A DNA stretch of 64,000 nt from an uncultured Chloroflexia bacterium. Lineage in GTDB: Bacteria > Chloroflexota > Limnocylindria > Limnocylindrales > CSP1-4. The notes below the pieces were generated by a model. That model saw only the letters and a program-made list of their open reading frames with translations, ran no database searches and was not told the origin of the DNA. The stretch lies in contig CAWHXD010000008.1 in NCBI GenBank assembly GCA_963833225.1, forward strand, positions 256,001 to 320,000. Reading direction: 5' to 3'. This document shows, piece by piece, positions 7,402 to 18,639 of this stretch; within the stretch, counting starts at the first letter, position 1, and each line of letters begins with the position of its first letter. Made by a program: the position numbers and the translations under genes.

Positions 7402-9151
7402 TCACCGGTCTGCAGCGAGGCGCCATGCTAGCACATCCCAATACCGGTCGCCGGTGTCCACGATGAGCCGCGGAGTCACGCCCTCGAGGCCCCGGGCGAG
7501 CATGATCTCGTCGATCCATGCGAGCGGCAAGATGGGTTGCCGGGTGGCCAGGCCGGACGAGGAGCGCCTTCCACGCCGCAGCGCGCTCCTCCTGCGTTCC
7601 GGGCGCGCGTGCCGCCTCCAGGAGCGGGTCCAGGGTCGGGTCCTGGTAGCCGGCGAGGTTGGACCCGGTCGACTGGACCTGTGACGTCGCCAGCAGCGGA
7701 TACAGGTCTGGCTCCAGGCCCTCCGCGATGTCGACGACGGCTGCTGTGAAGCTCCCCTCGCGCAGGCGGGTCGCCAGGTCGGGGGCCTTCACCGTGACCG
7801 CCACGACGTTGAACCCGATCTCACGCCACGCTCGTCGCACGCTGTCCGCGATCGCGGCGAGGCGGGGGTTGGCAGCGGATGGGACGCTCAGGACCTCGAG
7901 CTCGTAGGGGGCCTTGCCGCCGGGCGCGACCCACTTGCCGTCCTTCTTCGTCCAGCCCGCCTTCTCCAGGGCCTTGCCCGCCGCCTTGGGGTCGTAGGCG
8001 ACGGAGCCGGCGGCCGAAGCGTCGTAGACGCCGGACGTCGGCGGGATCAGGGCGTCAGCCCGGGTCGCGTTGCCGCCCAGCACGCTGGCGACGAGCTGGT
8101 CGCGGTCGATCGCCCCGAGGAGCGCGGTCCGGACGGTCTCGTCGCGGAGCTCCTTGTGGCTGACGCGCAGGTTGAGCAGCACGGCGGACAGGGTCGTCTT
8201 GGGGTAGACGTGTCGCTCGAGCGTTGCGTCCTTCGTCACCCCCGCGAGGCGTGGCCGCCGAGAGACCCGAGGCCACGTCCACGTCGCGGGCCTCCAGCGC
8301 GTTGGCCAGCGTGGTCTCGTCCGGATAGAAGCGGACCTCGAGCTCGTCCAGGTAGGGCCTGCGGCAACGCCGCGGTCGCCTGGGGCGCCGGCGTGGCGAG
8401 CGAATCACCCGAAGGCGTCGGGGACGGCACCGCCGGCTGGCTCCTCGAGCTCCGGCGGCAGCACGCCGGACGCGGGCACGAGCGTCGCTCCCTGGTCGCT
8501 CACGTCCAGCAGCGCGAACGGTCCGCTGCCAAGCGGGAGCTGGGCGAAGCTGCTGGTCGCGAGATCCGCGTAGGCAACGTCGCCCAGCAGGTGGGCCGGG
8601 AGGAGAGGCTGGGTGGCCAGCGCCAGGACGCCGGCGATCGGCGTGCCAAGGGTCAGGCGAACGGTCCGGTCATCGAGCGCCTCGACGGTCACATCGGCCC
8701 AGGCCCCGGCGGCGGCGCCCGCTGCGTCTGGACTCTGCAACGCGCCGACCGTATACACCACGTCGTCCGCGGTCACGGGCACCCCGTCCTGCCAGATGGC
8801 ATCCCGACGGATGGTGAACGTCCAGACCGCACCCGTGTCGTCGGTCGACCATGACTCGGCGAGATCCGGCTGGTAGGTGGTGCCGGGGCCAAGCCGCACG
8901 AGCCCGCTGAACACGAGGCCGACCAGCACTCGGTCGGCACGGCTGCGCGCGGTCACCGGGGTGATGGACGTCGGCATGCCAACCACGCCCTCGCGCAGGA
9001 TGATCGGCGGGGGCATGGTGGGGTCAGGCGTCGGCTCGGTCTGTGGACCGGGATCGGTCGCGGCCGGCTGGCGCGGCGTGGCGATCACGCCGCCGAGGAC
9101 GACGAGCACCAGGACCAGCACGGCAACGACCGCGCGATCGAGGCGGTTCAT
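7402..9151 (-). CDS. Peptide/nickel ABC transporter substrate-binding protein (SBP_bac_5), several frameshifts
   Basis: LVFSGLVR, PDLAESW, WQDGVPVTADDVVYT, GSGPF, VRTALLGAIDR and NLAGY are spread over ORFs 8405-9151, 8055-8408 and 7211-8239. Confidence 0.85.
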
Positions 9152-9191
9152 GGGCTCGGGCTTCGGCGATGCGGCCGGGAAGGGGCCGCGC

Positions 9192-9413
9192 TCAGCGGAC
9201 GAAGATGAACGAGACCAGCGCGAAGACGATGAACAGCACGAGCAGCAGGATCGTGAACTGCCACAGCCGGCGCTCCACGCCGCGGCGGCTGCGGTACACG
9301 CCCGAGTCGCCGCCGAACGTGCCGGACAGGCCCGTACCGCGCGCCTGCATCAGGATGGATGCGATCAGCGCGATGCTGAGCAGGATCTGTCCGACGGCCA
9401 GGATAGGGTTCAC
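9192..9413 (-). CDS. secG: Preprotein translocase subunit SecG
   Basis: 73 aa, two TM helices, ILMQARGTGLSGTFGG...RRGVER. Confidence 0.93.
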   Translation of the reverse strand: MNPILAVGQILLSIALIASILMQARGTGLSGTFGGDSGVYRSRRGVERRLWQFTILLLVLFIVFALVSFIFVR

Positions 9414-9486
9414 GAGTGCGGCAACCTCCGTTGGGTGACGGAGGCGGATGGTAGCAGACCCCGCCCTCCGAGCCGTTCCATCGCCG

Positions 9487-11067
9487 TCACGCCGGGTCCA
9501 GCAGCGACCGGCCGGTCATGCCCGCCCAGCGCGGCAGGCCCGCCAGATCGAGAATGGTGGGCGCCACGTCGGCGAGCACCCCGTCCCGCAGCGTCCGGCC
9601 GTCGAGGGCACGGCCCATGCCGAGCAGGGGAACCGGGTTGAGCGAGTGCTTGGTCACGGGTTTGCCGGCGTCGTCGATCATGTCGTCCGCGTTGCCGTGA
9701 TCGGCGGTGACGAGCAGGGCAGCACCCCGGCCCGTCGTGGTCCGCGGCGTCGACCGCGTCGATCGCGTCGAAGACCGCGCCCAGGCAGCCGTCGATGACC
9801 CCGAGCGCCGTCACCGTGGCATCCCAGACACCCGTGTGGGCGACCATGTCGGGGTTCGCGAAGTTGGCGACGATGAAGTCGTACCGGCCGCTCCCGATCG
9901 CGGCGACCAGCTCCTCGGTCACGCCGGCGGCGCTCATCTCCGGCTGCAGGTCGTAGGTCGCGACCTTGGGCGACGGGACCAGCCGGCGAACCTCGCCCGG
10001 CCAGGCAGCTTCCACCCCGCCGTTGAAGAAGTAGGTGACGTGGGCGTACTTCTCGGTCTCCGCGACGTGGAACTGCGTCCAGCCGGCCTCGCTGAAGGCC
10101 TGGGCGAGCGAGCGCGCCTCCTCGGGTCCGAAGGCCACCTCGACCGGCAGCCCCGATTCGTACTCGGTCATGGTGACGACCAGCAGGTCCGCGGGAGCGG
10201 GCCGTCCGGAGGGAGAGGTGCGGTCGAAGTCGGCGAAGTCCGGCTCCGACAGCGCATGCGTCAGCTGGCGCGCCCGGTCGGCCCGGAAGTTGAAGTGCAC
10301 GATGGGGTCGCCGTCGCGCAGGGCGCCCTCGGTGCCGTCGACGATCGTTGGGGCCACGAACTCGTCGGTCTCGCCGCGTGCGTAGGCCTCCTCGATCGCC
10401 CCGACCGCGGACGCGGCGTGCAGCCCCTCGGCGTGGACGATCGCGTCGTAGCCGCGCTCGGTCCGCTCCCAGCGCCGATCACGGTCCATCGCGTAGTAGC
10501 GACCGCCGACCGAGGCGATCCGCACGTCCGGGTGCGCCGTGGCCAGACGGGCTTCAAGGTCTCGCATGAACGCCAGGGCGGAGCTGGGCGGCGTGTCACG
10601 ACCGTCGAGCAGCGCATGGATCCTCACCGCTGGCACGCCGAGGCGCGCCGCCAGCTCGACGAGCGCCACCAGATGCCGGTCGTTGGCATGGACGCCCCCG
10701 GGGCCGATGAGTCCCACCGCGTGCAGACGACCCGTCCGCTTCGCGCGCTCGCACGCGGCCAGCAGCGCGGGTCGCGTCGCGAACGAGCCGTCGGCGATCG
10801 CTGCGTCGATCCGCGGCAGGTCCTGCAGGACGGGCCGTCCCGCGCCCAGGTTGAGGTGTCCCACCTCGGAGTTCCCCATCTGGCCCGCGGGCAGGCCAAC
10901 GGCATCCTCCGACGCGCGCAGCGCCGAGTGTGGCCGGCGGGCCAGGGCGGCCCGCCAGCGGGGCATCGACGCGGCCGCGATCGCGTCCTTCGCCGGGTCG
11001 GGGCCGATGCCGAACCCGTCGAGCACGACCAGGACGATGGGCCGCGGCCGGGACGCCCTTCGCTCAC
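9487..11067 (-). CDS. gpmI: 2,3-bisphosphoglycerate-independent phosphoglycerate mutase (frameshifts near both ends)
   Basis: VLDGFG, GQMGNSEVGHLNLGAGR, GRYYAMDRD, FNFRADR, AETEKYAHVT, NPDMVAHTG. Confidence 0.94.
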
Positions 11068-11853
11068 GAGGCGAGGCCGCGCGCCTGCGCCGTGATCCCC
11101 GCTCGAGCGGCGATGCCGGCCATCTCGTCCGGCTTGAGCGAGGCCCCGCCGATGAGCGCCCCGTCCACGCCCGGCTCGGCGAGGAACTCGCCGATGTTCG
11201 CGGACGTGACAGAGCCGCCGTACAGGACGGGCGTGGCCTCGGCGCCGTCGCCCCAGCCCAGGCCGCGCAGGCTCGTCCGGATGGCGTCGGCCATCGCTGC
11301 CGCATCGGAGCCGAAGGCGTTCTTGCCGGTCCCGATGGCCCACACGGGCTCATAGGCGATCACGATCCCCGCGGCGAGGAGCGCGGCGGGATCACGCCCC
11401 TCGAGGGCGCCCACGAGCTGCGCGTTGACGACCTGCGTCTCGCGGCCGGCCTCGCGGTCCGCGAGGACCTCGCCGACGCACAGGATCGGTCGGAGGCCGC
11501 CGGCCACGGCGCGGTCCAGCTTGCTGCCGATCAGGGCGTCGGTCTCGGCGAAGGAGGCGCGGCGCTCGGAGTGCCCGAGGATGACCCAGGTCGCGAGGCC
11601 GTCCAGCATGGGCACCGACACCTCGCCGGTGTACGCCCCGGCGAGCTCATGGTGGACGTTCTGGGCACCAACCCCCACGTCCTCGCCCACCAGGGCGTCC
11701 CGGACGGCGGTCAGGCAGACATACGGTGGGCAGATGACCCGGGTGACCCCGGGCTCCCTGCGTCCGGGAGGCGATGATCCGCGCGAGCTCACCGGCATCG
11801 GCGGGGGTGGTGTTCATCTTCCAGTTGGCGGCAATCACGATCGGGCGGTTCAT
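11064..11853 (-). CDS. tpiA: Triosephosphate isomerase (frameshift ~11770)
   Basis: IAANWKMN, GHSERR, AYEPVWAIGTG, LYGGSV, GGASL. Confidence 0.95.
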
Positions 11854-11882
11854 GCCCGCAATGATGCCAGAGGGCGGCGGCC

Positions 11883-12790
11883 CTACCGACGGCCGACCGG
11901 CCTCCCGGGACCCGCCGCGCGGCCCGGAGACCGCCGGCCGTCGAGGCACCCCGGACCCGCGCCGGATGGCCCCCCGTGGCGCAGCCCGATCGCCCTCGTC
12001 GTCGTGGAGCGCGAGGCGCTCCACGCCGGTCCAGCGCCCGCTGGACGGTGCTCCGGTGCAGCTCGAGGCGGGCGGCGATGTCGGACAGGGACGCCTCCGG
12101 GGTCTCGCGGCGGGCCTCGGCGACGGCGCGCACGGTGCGCGGCTGGGTCGCGAGGCGGCCGTCCGCCTCGAGGGTGTCGATCGCGGCCAGCTGGCGGCCG
12201 GCGGCCTCGACCGACCGCTGGAGGTTGGCCGACTCCGCGTTGAGCACCCGGTTCAGCTCCCCGCGCAGGGTCCTCGCCACGCTCCGCGCCTCAAGCTCGA
12301 GGAGCGCGGCACTGCCCCCGATCCGCCCGAGGAACGCGGTGATCGACTCGGTGCTCTTCCAGGTCACCACTCCCTGCCCCCGGCGAAGGCGCCACGACGC
12401 GGGCAGGCCGACATCGGCCAGGCGGGTCGCGAGCTGCCGCGCATCTTCCGCCGGCACCGTGAACTCGAGGTGCGCCGCGGCCGGCCGCAAGGCTGAGCGA
12501 GCCGCGAGCGAGGAACCGGCCGCGCAGCCAGGCGAGGCGGCAGTGGTCGGCCGCGGCAGTCCCAGTCGCAGGTCGGCCTCGGGGAGCAGGAACGTGCGAC
12601 GGGAGACTCCCGCACCCTCGCGGGCGTGCCCGCCGAGGCGGACCACGAGACGGGCGACGGCCGGCTCCCGGGCATGGATTCGGGCTCCGAGCCCGGCGAT
12701 CTCGGCCTGTCGGTCGCAGGCGCGAGCCGGGTCGATGGCGGCCAGCTCGGCTCGCAGCGCGGCCACGAGGTCGCGGTCGGAGCCGGACAT
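11883..12790 (-). CDS. whiA: DNA-binding protein WhiA (frameshifts; 3' end approximate)
   Basis: [27 protein letters not shown] and a C-terminal HTH. Lies downstream of rapZ-yvcK. Confidence 0.82.
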
Positions 12791-12799
12791 CGGCTCCCG

Positions 12800-14203
12800 T
12801 CAGGACGCGCGCACGCGCGCGCGTGGAGGCGAGCGGCGCCGGTGGCCGCCCTGCCGTCTCCCAGATCCGCATGATCGCGGCAGCGAGCCGGGCCGGGTCG
12901 TGGCGATGGGCGTTGGCCGGGTCGACGATGTCATCGAGCACGAGCCGCGGGCCGGCGCCTGCCAGCTCCGGTCCGGCGGCCACCGGAGGCGGACCGGCTC
13001 GCCGAGCCAGCCCTCGGGCGCGGCGGCGTTCGAACCGGTTGTTGGCCAGGACGACGTCCAGCAGGCTCGCCGGCGCCATGGCGGTCGAGCGCCTCGATGT
13101 GGTCGGCGAGGTCGTAGCCGCCGGTCTCGCCGGCCTGGGTGGCCACGTTGCACGCGAAGACGACGCAGCGCGCCCGAGGCCGCGATCGCCTCGCGGATCC
13201 CGGGGACCAGCAGGGCCGGGCAGGATGCTGGTGTACAGGCTGCCCGGGCCGATGACGATCATGTCCGCCTCCTCGATCGCCCGCAGGGCATCGGCGCAGG
13301 CGCGGACATCCGCCGGTGTCACCCACACCCGCTCCACGGCCGCGGTGCGCGCCGATCCGGCTCTGGCCCTCGACCTCGGTGCCGTCGCGCAGGCGAGCGT
13401 GCAGGCTGAGCGCGGTGCCGGTCGCCGGGAGCACCCGCCCACGGACCGCGAGCACGCGGTTCATCTCGCGGACGCCCTCCTCGAAATCACCGTCCTCGAG
13501 GGCGACCAGCGCGGCCAGGAGCAGGTTGCCGACGGCGTGCCCGCCCAGCCCGACCGAGAGCGCCTCGGCCCCGCGAGCCGGGGGCAGGCCATGCTCGGAG
13601 TCGGCCGCCGGGACAGCCGGCCCGGTGCCCGGGAACCGGTACTGGAGCAGCCGGCCCATCGCGGCTCGGCATCGGCAAGCGCGACCACGCAGTTGCGGAT
13701 GTCGCCCACGGCCGGGATCCCCAGCTCGGCCCGCAGCGACGCCCGACGATCCCCCGTCGTCGGCCACGGTGACCACCGCGGTCAGGTTCGAGGTGTGCTC
13801 CTTGAGGCCGCGAAGGAGCGCGGACAGGCCGGTGCCACCGCCGATCGCCGCCATCCGCGGGCCCCTTGCCAGGAAGCGCTTCTGGTAGATGACCTCGACC
13901 ATCGGCTGGTCGCGGTCCCAGAGCGCGAACGGGTCCACCAGCGCACGCACCAGGCGGTAGGCGCCGAGGAGGAACAGGGCCAGGCCGAGGACGCCCGCGA
14001 TGAGCCCGCGCAGCTGGTACGGCAGGAACTGCAGGGTCAGCACGTCGAGCACCGTCATGACCGGGCCGCCGGGCTCGGCGGAGGCGGTGACCTGGCGGAT
14101 GACGTGTGCGACGCCGATCGCGAGGACGAGCAGCCCGAGGAAGGCGACCAGGAGCCAGCGCTTGACGCCGATGCCCGACGGCCAGCCAGCGGCGGAGGTT
14201 CAC
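12800..14203 (-). CDS. yvcK: YvcK/GlmR (CofD-like) UDP-GlcNAc-binding protein with N-terminal TM segment (frameshifts)
   Basis: [49 protein letters not shown]. Confidence 0.88.
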
Positions 14204-14206
14204 CGC

Positions 14207-15106
14207 TCAAGCTCGCGGTGGAAGACCGAGACGGGTCCGAAGTCCCGCTCCCGGAGCCACTGCGCCAGCTCCTCGCTCATCACGATCGAGCGGTGCCAGC
14301 CGCCGGTGCACCCGATCGCGATCGTGAGCCGGGTCTTGCCCTCCTCGACATAGGCCGGCACCAGCAGGTCGAGGAGATCCTCGAGCCGGTCGAGGAACCC
14401 CGCCGCGATGGGCTGGCCGAGGACGTACGTCGCGCACCTCGGCGCGTGAGGCCGGAGCGCGGCCGCAGCGCCTCGATGTAGTGCGGGTTCTTCATGAACC
14501 GGACGTCGAGCACGAGGTCCGCCTCGAGCGGCACGCCGTACTTGAAGCCGAAGCTGATGAGCTGGATCGACGAGCCGCTCCGAACCCTGGACATCGCCGA
14601 GGCGCGCGAAGATCCGCTCCCGCAGCTCGCGCAGGGCGAGGTCGCTGCGTATCGAGGATCACGTCCGCCTGCGCGCGAACCGAGTCCAGCATCGCGCGCT
14701 CCTGCGCGATGGACGCGGCGATCCCCCGCTCGTCGGCCAGTGGATGCCGGTGGCGGGTCTCGCTGAAGCGCCGGATCAGGATGTCGTCGCGCGCCTCCAG
14801 GAAGATGATGACCGGGCGGATCCCGCGTCCCTCGAGCGCGCCCGCGCATGGCCCCGAACGCGAGTGGCACGTCGCCCGTCCGGACATCGAGCACGATCGC
14901 CGTCCGGCCGTAGCGGCGGGGTCGGTGGCGATCAGGTCGGCGAGGTCGCGCAGCAGCTCGCCCGGCAGGTTGTCGACGACGACGTAGCCCAGGTCCTCGA
15001 ACAGCTTCGCCGCGGCCGTCTTGCCGCCCCCCGACAGGCCGGTGAGCACCACCACCTGCTGGTCACCCGGTGGCCCATCCCGGTGGCGCCCGGGCCGGCG
15101 GTCCAC
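14207..15106 (-). CDS. rapZ: RNase adapter RapZ/YvcJ P-loop protein (frameshifts)
   Basis: [54 protein letters not shown]. Confidence 0.9.
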
Positions 15107-15177
15107 GCCCGCGGTCGGTCGCCGTGGAGGTGTCGAGGAGGGGCTGTTCGTCGTCCGTCATGCCAGCTCCGACCGGC

Positions 15178-15972
15178 TCACTTGCCGCTGCGCCTGATGA
15201 ACAGGATGGTCAGCTCGAAGAGCAGGTACATCGTGCCACCCAGCGCCATCGGGCTGACGAGGTCACCGCCGGGCGTGATCGCCGCCGCGAAGATCGCGAT
15301 CCCGAGCAGCGCGATCCGCCGGCCGGAAGCCAGGCGCTGGGAGGTGACGATGCCCACCCGGGACAGCCCGAACAGCACGATCGGGAACTCCATGACCAGG
15401 CCGAAGGCGAGGAAGATCGTGGTCACGAAGTCGAAGTACGGACCCGCCGCCAGGTTGGCGACGAGCTGATTGTCCGTGAACCCGAGCAGGAAGCCGACGG
15501 CAGCGGGCAGCACCAGGTAGGCGATGCCGACGCCCAGCGCGAAGAAGCACAGCGCCAGCGGGATCCACGGCCGGACGATCCGCTTCTCGCGTCGGTGAGG
15601 CCGGGGGACACGAAGCGCCCAGATCTGCCACAGCAGGACCGGCATCGCGAGGATGATCCCGGCGACGACGGAGATGCGCAGGGCGATGGCGAACGCGTCT
15701 CCAGGCCCGAGAACCTGGACGGTCTTGGTGGGCAGCGGGTCCAGGAGGACGTTCCGGATCTGCTCCCAGAAGATGAAGCCGACGACGCTCCCCAGCGCGA
15801 TCGCGATCACGGACTTGACCAGCCGGTTGCGCAGCTCGACCAGGTGACCGACGAGGGACATCTCGCCCGGCGCCGGGGCAGGCGAGGCCGAGGCTGGGGA
15901 CGGAGACGGCGGCGCGGGGTCCGTCACCCGGGCCGGGGCGGTGTCCTCACCGCCAGCTTCGATCTCGGCCAT
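15178..15972 (-). CDS. tatC: Twin-arginine translocase subunit TatC
   Basis: MSLVGHLVELRNRL, FGLVMEFP, AAITPGGD. Short compensating frameshift near 15600. Confidence 0.93.
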   Translation of the reverse strand: MAEIEAGGEDTAPARVTDPAPPSPSPASASPAPAPGEMSLVGHLVELRNRLVKSVIAIALGSVVGFIFWEQIRNVLLDPLPTKTVQVLGPGDAFAIALRISVVAGIILAMPVLLWQIWALRVPRPHRREKRIVRPWIPLALCFFALGVGIAYLVLPAAVGFLLGFTDNQLVANLAAGPYFDFVTTIFLAFGLVMEFPIVLFGLSRVGIVTSQRLASGRRIALLGIAIFAAAITPGGDLVSPMALGGTMYLLFELTILFIRRSGK

Positions 15973-16002
15973 GCGGGCGCGGTCCGGGGCGTGGCTGACG
16001 TG

Positions 16003-16443
16003 CTACGCCGACGGCGTGGACTGCTGCTCGTCGACCGGGGTGACTTCGGCCGGCCACTCGGATGCCGGCGCGGCGGCCGCCTCGGCCCCTGCGACTTCCT
16101 GGGCCTCCGTGGCTGCGGGGCCTTCAGCGCCTGCGGCGGGTCCAACCGGGGCCGCGACCTGGCTGGCTGCCGACGCGGGCGGCATGGCGGGCACGGGGGG
16201 CGCCGAGGAGACGGCGGGCAGGGCCGCCTGCGCGGGCGGGGTCGCCGGCGCTGCGCCTGGCGCTTCCGGCGCGGCCGGGGCGTCCATGCTCGTGGACTCC
16301 TTCACGTCGGCCGCCGCCTTGCGGAACTCGCGGATGCTCTTGCCCAGCGAGGCGCCGACATCCGGCAGACGGCCCGGGCCCACGACGATGAGCGCAATGA
16401 TCAGGACGATGATGAGCTCACCCGGTCCGATATTGAACGGCAT
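16003..16443 (-). CDS. tatA: Twin-arginine translocase TatA/TatB subunit with long Ala/Pro tail
   Basis: IGPGELIIVLIIALIVVGPGRLPDVGASLGKSIREFRKA. Confidence 0.9.
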   Translation of the reverse strand: MPFNIGPGELIIVLIIALIVVGPGRLPDVGASLGKSIREFRKAAADVKESTSMDAPAAPEAPGAAPATPPAQAALPAVSSAPPVPAMPPASAASQVAAPVGPAAGAEGPAATEAQEVAGAEAAAAPASEWPAEVTPVDEQQSTPSA

Positions 16444-16495
16444 GACCAGCGTCGACCTCGTGACGGAGCGGTCCGCTCCCTGATATTGAAGGGCG

Positions 16496-17371
16496 TCAGG
16501 TTAGCACAGCGAGCCGGTTCGCCCACGCTCGCGCGGCCTCCGCCAGGCGCCCACCGGCGTCCCCTGACCCCCCGCCGGACGGTCCGTCGAGCGCCGCTTG
16601 CGCGATCCCCCGCGACACGTTGACGAGCAGGCCGCCGCCAGGGCGTCCACCAGCCGGTCCGCCGATCGCGGAGCCATGGGCCAGCACGGAGGCGATGTCA
16701 CCCCCCTGGGCGCCGACGCCAGGCACCAGGAAGGCGAGGCCCGGGGCCAGCATCCGGATCGCGGCGAGCTCGGCGGGCGCCGTGGCGCCGACCACCAGCC
16801 CGACCGTGCCACCGGGCCCCCAGGCCGTCGCCCGGCGGGCGACACGGGCCCAGAGCGGCTCCGACGGATCGCCGGCCGCGTCATCCGCGGCAACCTCGAG
16901 CCCCTGGAGCTCGGTGCCTCCCGGGTTCGAGGTCCGGCACAGGACGTACGCGAACCGGTCCGGGCGCTCGAGCAACGGGGCGATGGCCTCCTCGCCGAGG
17001 TATGGGTTGACGGTCACCGCGTCGGCCCCGAGGACGTCAAACAGGGCCACGGCCTGCCTGGCCGCCGTGGTCCCGATGTCGCCGCGCTTGGCGTCGGCCA
17101 CTACCGGCACGTCGGCCGGGATCCCGGCGCGAAGCCGCTCGAGGGCCGCGAGCCCGGCCGAGCCGTATGCCTCGAAGAACGCGAGGTTGGGCTTGACAGC
17201 GGCGGCGTACGGGAGCGATGCCTCGAGGATCAGCCGCGAGAAGGCTTCAACGCCGGCGAGGCCCGCCGGGAAGCCGGCCGGGAGCGCGGCGGGGTCGGGG
17301 TCCAGCCCCACGCACAGGACCGTCCGGGTCGACGCCGTCCGCGCCGCCAGCCGCTCCAGGTAACCGGGCAT
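16496..17371 (-). CDS. pyrF: Orotidine-5'-phosphate decarboxylase (type 2)
   Basis: LCVGLDP, KPNLAFFE, DAKRGDIGTT, TVNPYLG, LVPGVGAQGG, NVSRGI. Confidence 0.95.
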   Translation of the reverse strand: MPGYLERLAARTASTRTVLCVGLDPDPAALPAGFPAGLAGVEAFSRLILEASLPYAAAVKPNLAFFEAYGSAGLAALERLRAGIPADVPVVADAKRGDIGTTAARQAVALFDVLGADAVTVNPYLGEEAIAPLLERPDRFAYVLCRTSNPGGTELQGLEVAADDAAGDPSEPLWARVARRATAWGPGGTVGLVVGATAPAELAAIRMLAPGLAFLVPGVGAQGGDIASVLAHGSAIGGPAGGRPGGGLLVNVSRGIAQAALDGPSGGGSGDAGGRLAEAARAWANRLAVLT

Positions 17372-18639
17372 CACGAGCCCGCGGGGGACACGACGGGAGT
17401 GGGCGAAGGCGTGGGCGCCGGCAGCTGGTCCTTCGGGATCCACCAGCCCGGCCGCGAGATGCTCTCGAGCCCGGCATTGGTCGTCAGGTCGACCGTGTCG
17501 TCGACGGTCCACGCGGGCGCCGCACCGCCGAGGACGGCCAGCCGCAGGTCAACGACCTGCCCCGACACGTGCAGGTAGGCGATCTGGTTCCCGGCCGGCG
17601 ACCACACTGGCCCCCAGCTGTTGCCGTCGTCCGTGATCCGGACCAGCTCGGCACCACTTGAGGCATCGAGGATGACCACGTCCGTCCCGAACGAGCTCGT
17701 GCGCGTCGCGGCAAGGTAGCGGCCGTCCGGTGACCACGCCGGGTGGAGGTAGCCGGGTCCCGTGACCGCCTTCGTCTTGCCGGTTGACGGGGTGTAGAGG
17801 TAGATCCGCGGGGTGCCCTTGGCGCCGTCCCGGTCGTTGCGCACGTAGGCGATGCGCTGGCCATCCGGGCGCCAGGCCGCGTCCTGGTGCCCCAGCGGTG
17901 AACGCTGGTCGAGACCCGGGTCCGTGATCTTGCCGTTCTTGACGTTGAGCAGCTTGAGGGTGACGTCGCTGCGGGTTGGATCGGGCAGGTCGCTCACCAT
18001 CGCGATCGTGCTGCCATCCGGGGACACCACCGGGTTGCGGATGAAGCCCATCCACTTGAGGGTGCCCGGCGGGTCCACGAGACCGTCATAGACCTTGACG
18101 ACCGGGCCATCGGCGGTGGGGATGCGCATGATCGCCGGCACGTCCATGTCGTACTTGCGGATCACCCCGTTCACGCTCCAGGCGCCCTCCATCGCCCGGG
18201 TGCGCACGAAGTACACGGCGCTCCCGTCCCCCGAGAACGACGGCATGCTGTCCCTGCCGCTGTTGGTCAGCTGCTTCGCCTGCCCGTTCGACTGCACCCA
18301 GATGTTGCCATCCTTGGCATACACGAACGTGCCCGGGATCTCCAGCCCCGGTTCCTCGGTCGGCACGACCACGATGCCGGACGGGGTGGGGGTCTTGATC
18401 ACCTTCGGGTCGTCCGTCGGCGCCGGACCTCCGCTGCCGCCGTTGTTGCCGGCGCCGCCACCACCGAAGCTGGGGAGCTGGCCAGACAGCAACGTGAGCG
18501 ACACGGCGGCCACGACCACCAGGCCGACGACCGACACGATCGCGGCGATCGGAGTCCCTGCAGGCAGCAGACCATAGGGGTCCCGACCGGACGGCGGACG
18601 GGCGGCGCGGGGACGGCCAGCGCGCGATGAGCGGGTCAT
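17371..18639 (-). CDS. Membrane-anchored TolB-like beta-propeller (PD40 repeats)
   Basis: N-terminal TM helix and repeated P.(W/F)SPDG motifs. Confidence 0.8.
   Translation of the reverse strand: MTRSSRAGRPRAARPPSGRDPYGLLPAGTPIAAIVSVVGLVVVAAVSLTLLSGQLPSFGGGGAGNNGGSGGPAPTDDPKVIKTPTPSGIVVVPTEEPGLEIPGTFVYAKDGNIWVQSNGQAKQLTNSGRDSMPSFSGDGSAVYFVRTRAMEGAWSVNGVIRKYDMDVPAIMRIPTADGPVVKVYDGLVDPPGTLKWMGFIRNPVVSPDGSTIAMVSDLPDPTRSDVTLKLLNVKNGKITDPGLDQRSPLGHQDAAWRPDGQRIAYVRNDRDGAKGTPRIYLYTPSTGKTKAVTGPGYLHPAWSPDGRYLAATRTSSFGTDVVILDASSGAELVRITDDGNSWGPVWSPAGNQIAYLHVSGQVVDLRLAVLGGAAPAWTVDDTVDLTTNAGLESISRPGWWIPKDQLPAPTPSPTPVVSPAGS

Noticed and set aside
9487-15106. Pseudogenisation of gpmI, tpiA, whiA, yvcK and rapZ
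   Set aside because: Catalytic motifs are intact and the lesions are clustered indels in core genes, so assembly error is more likely.
16430-16496. GATATTGAA(C/G)GGC repeated at the tatA start and ~52 nt upstream
   Set aside because: It is short, and could be chance or a local duplication relic. No functional inference is possible.
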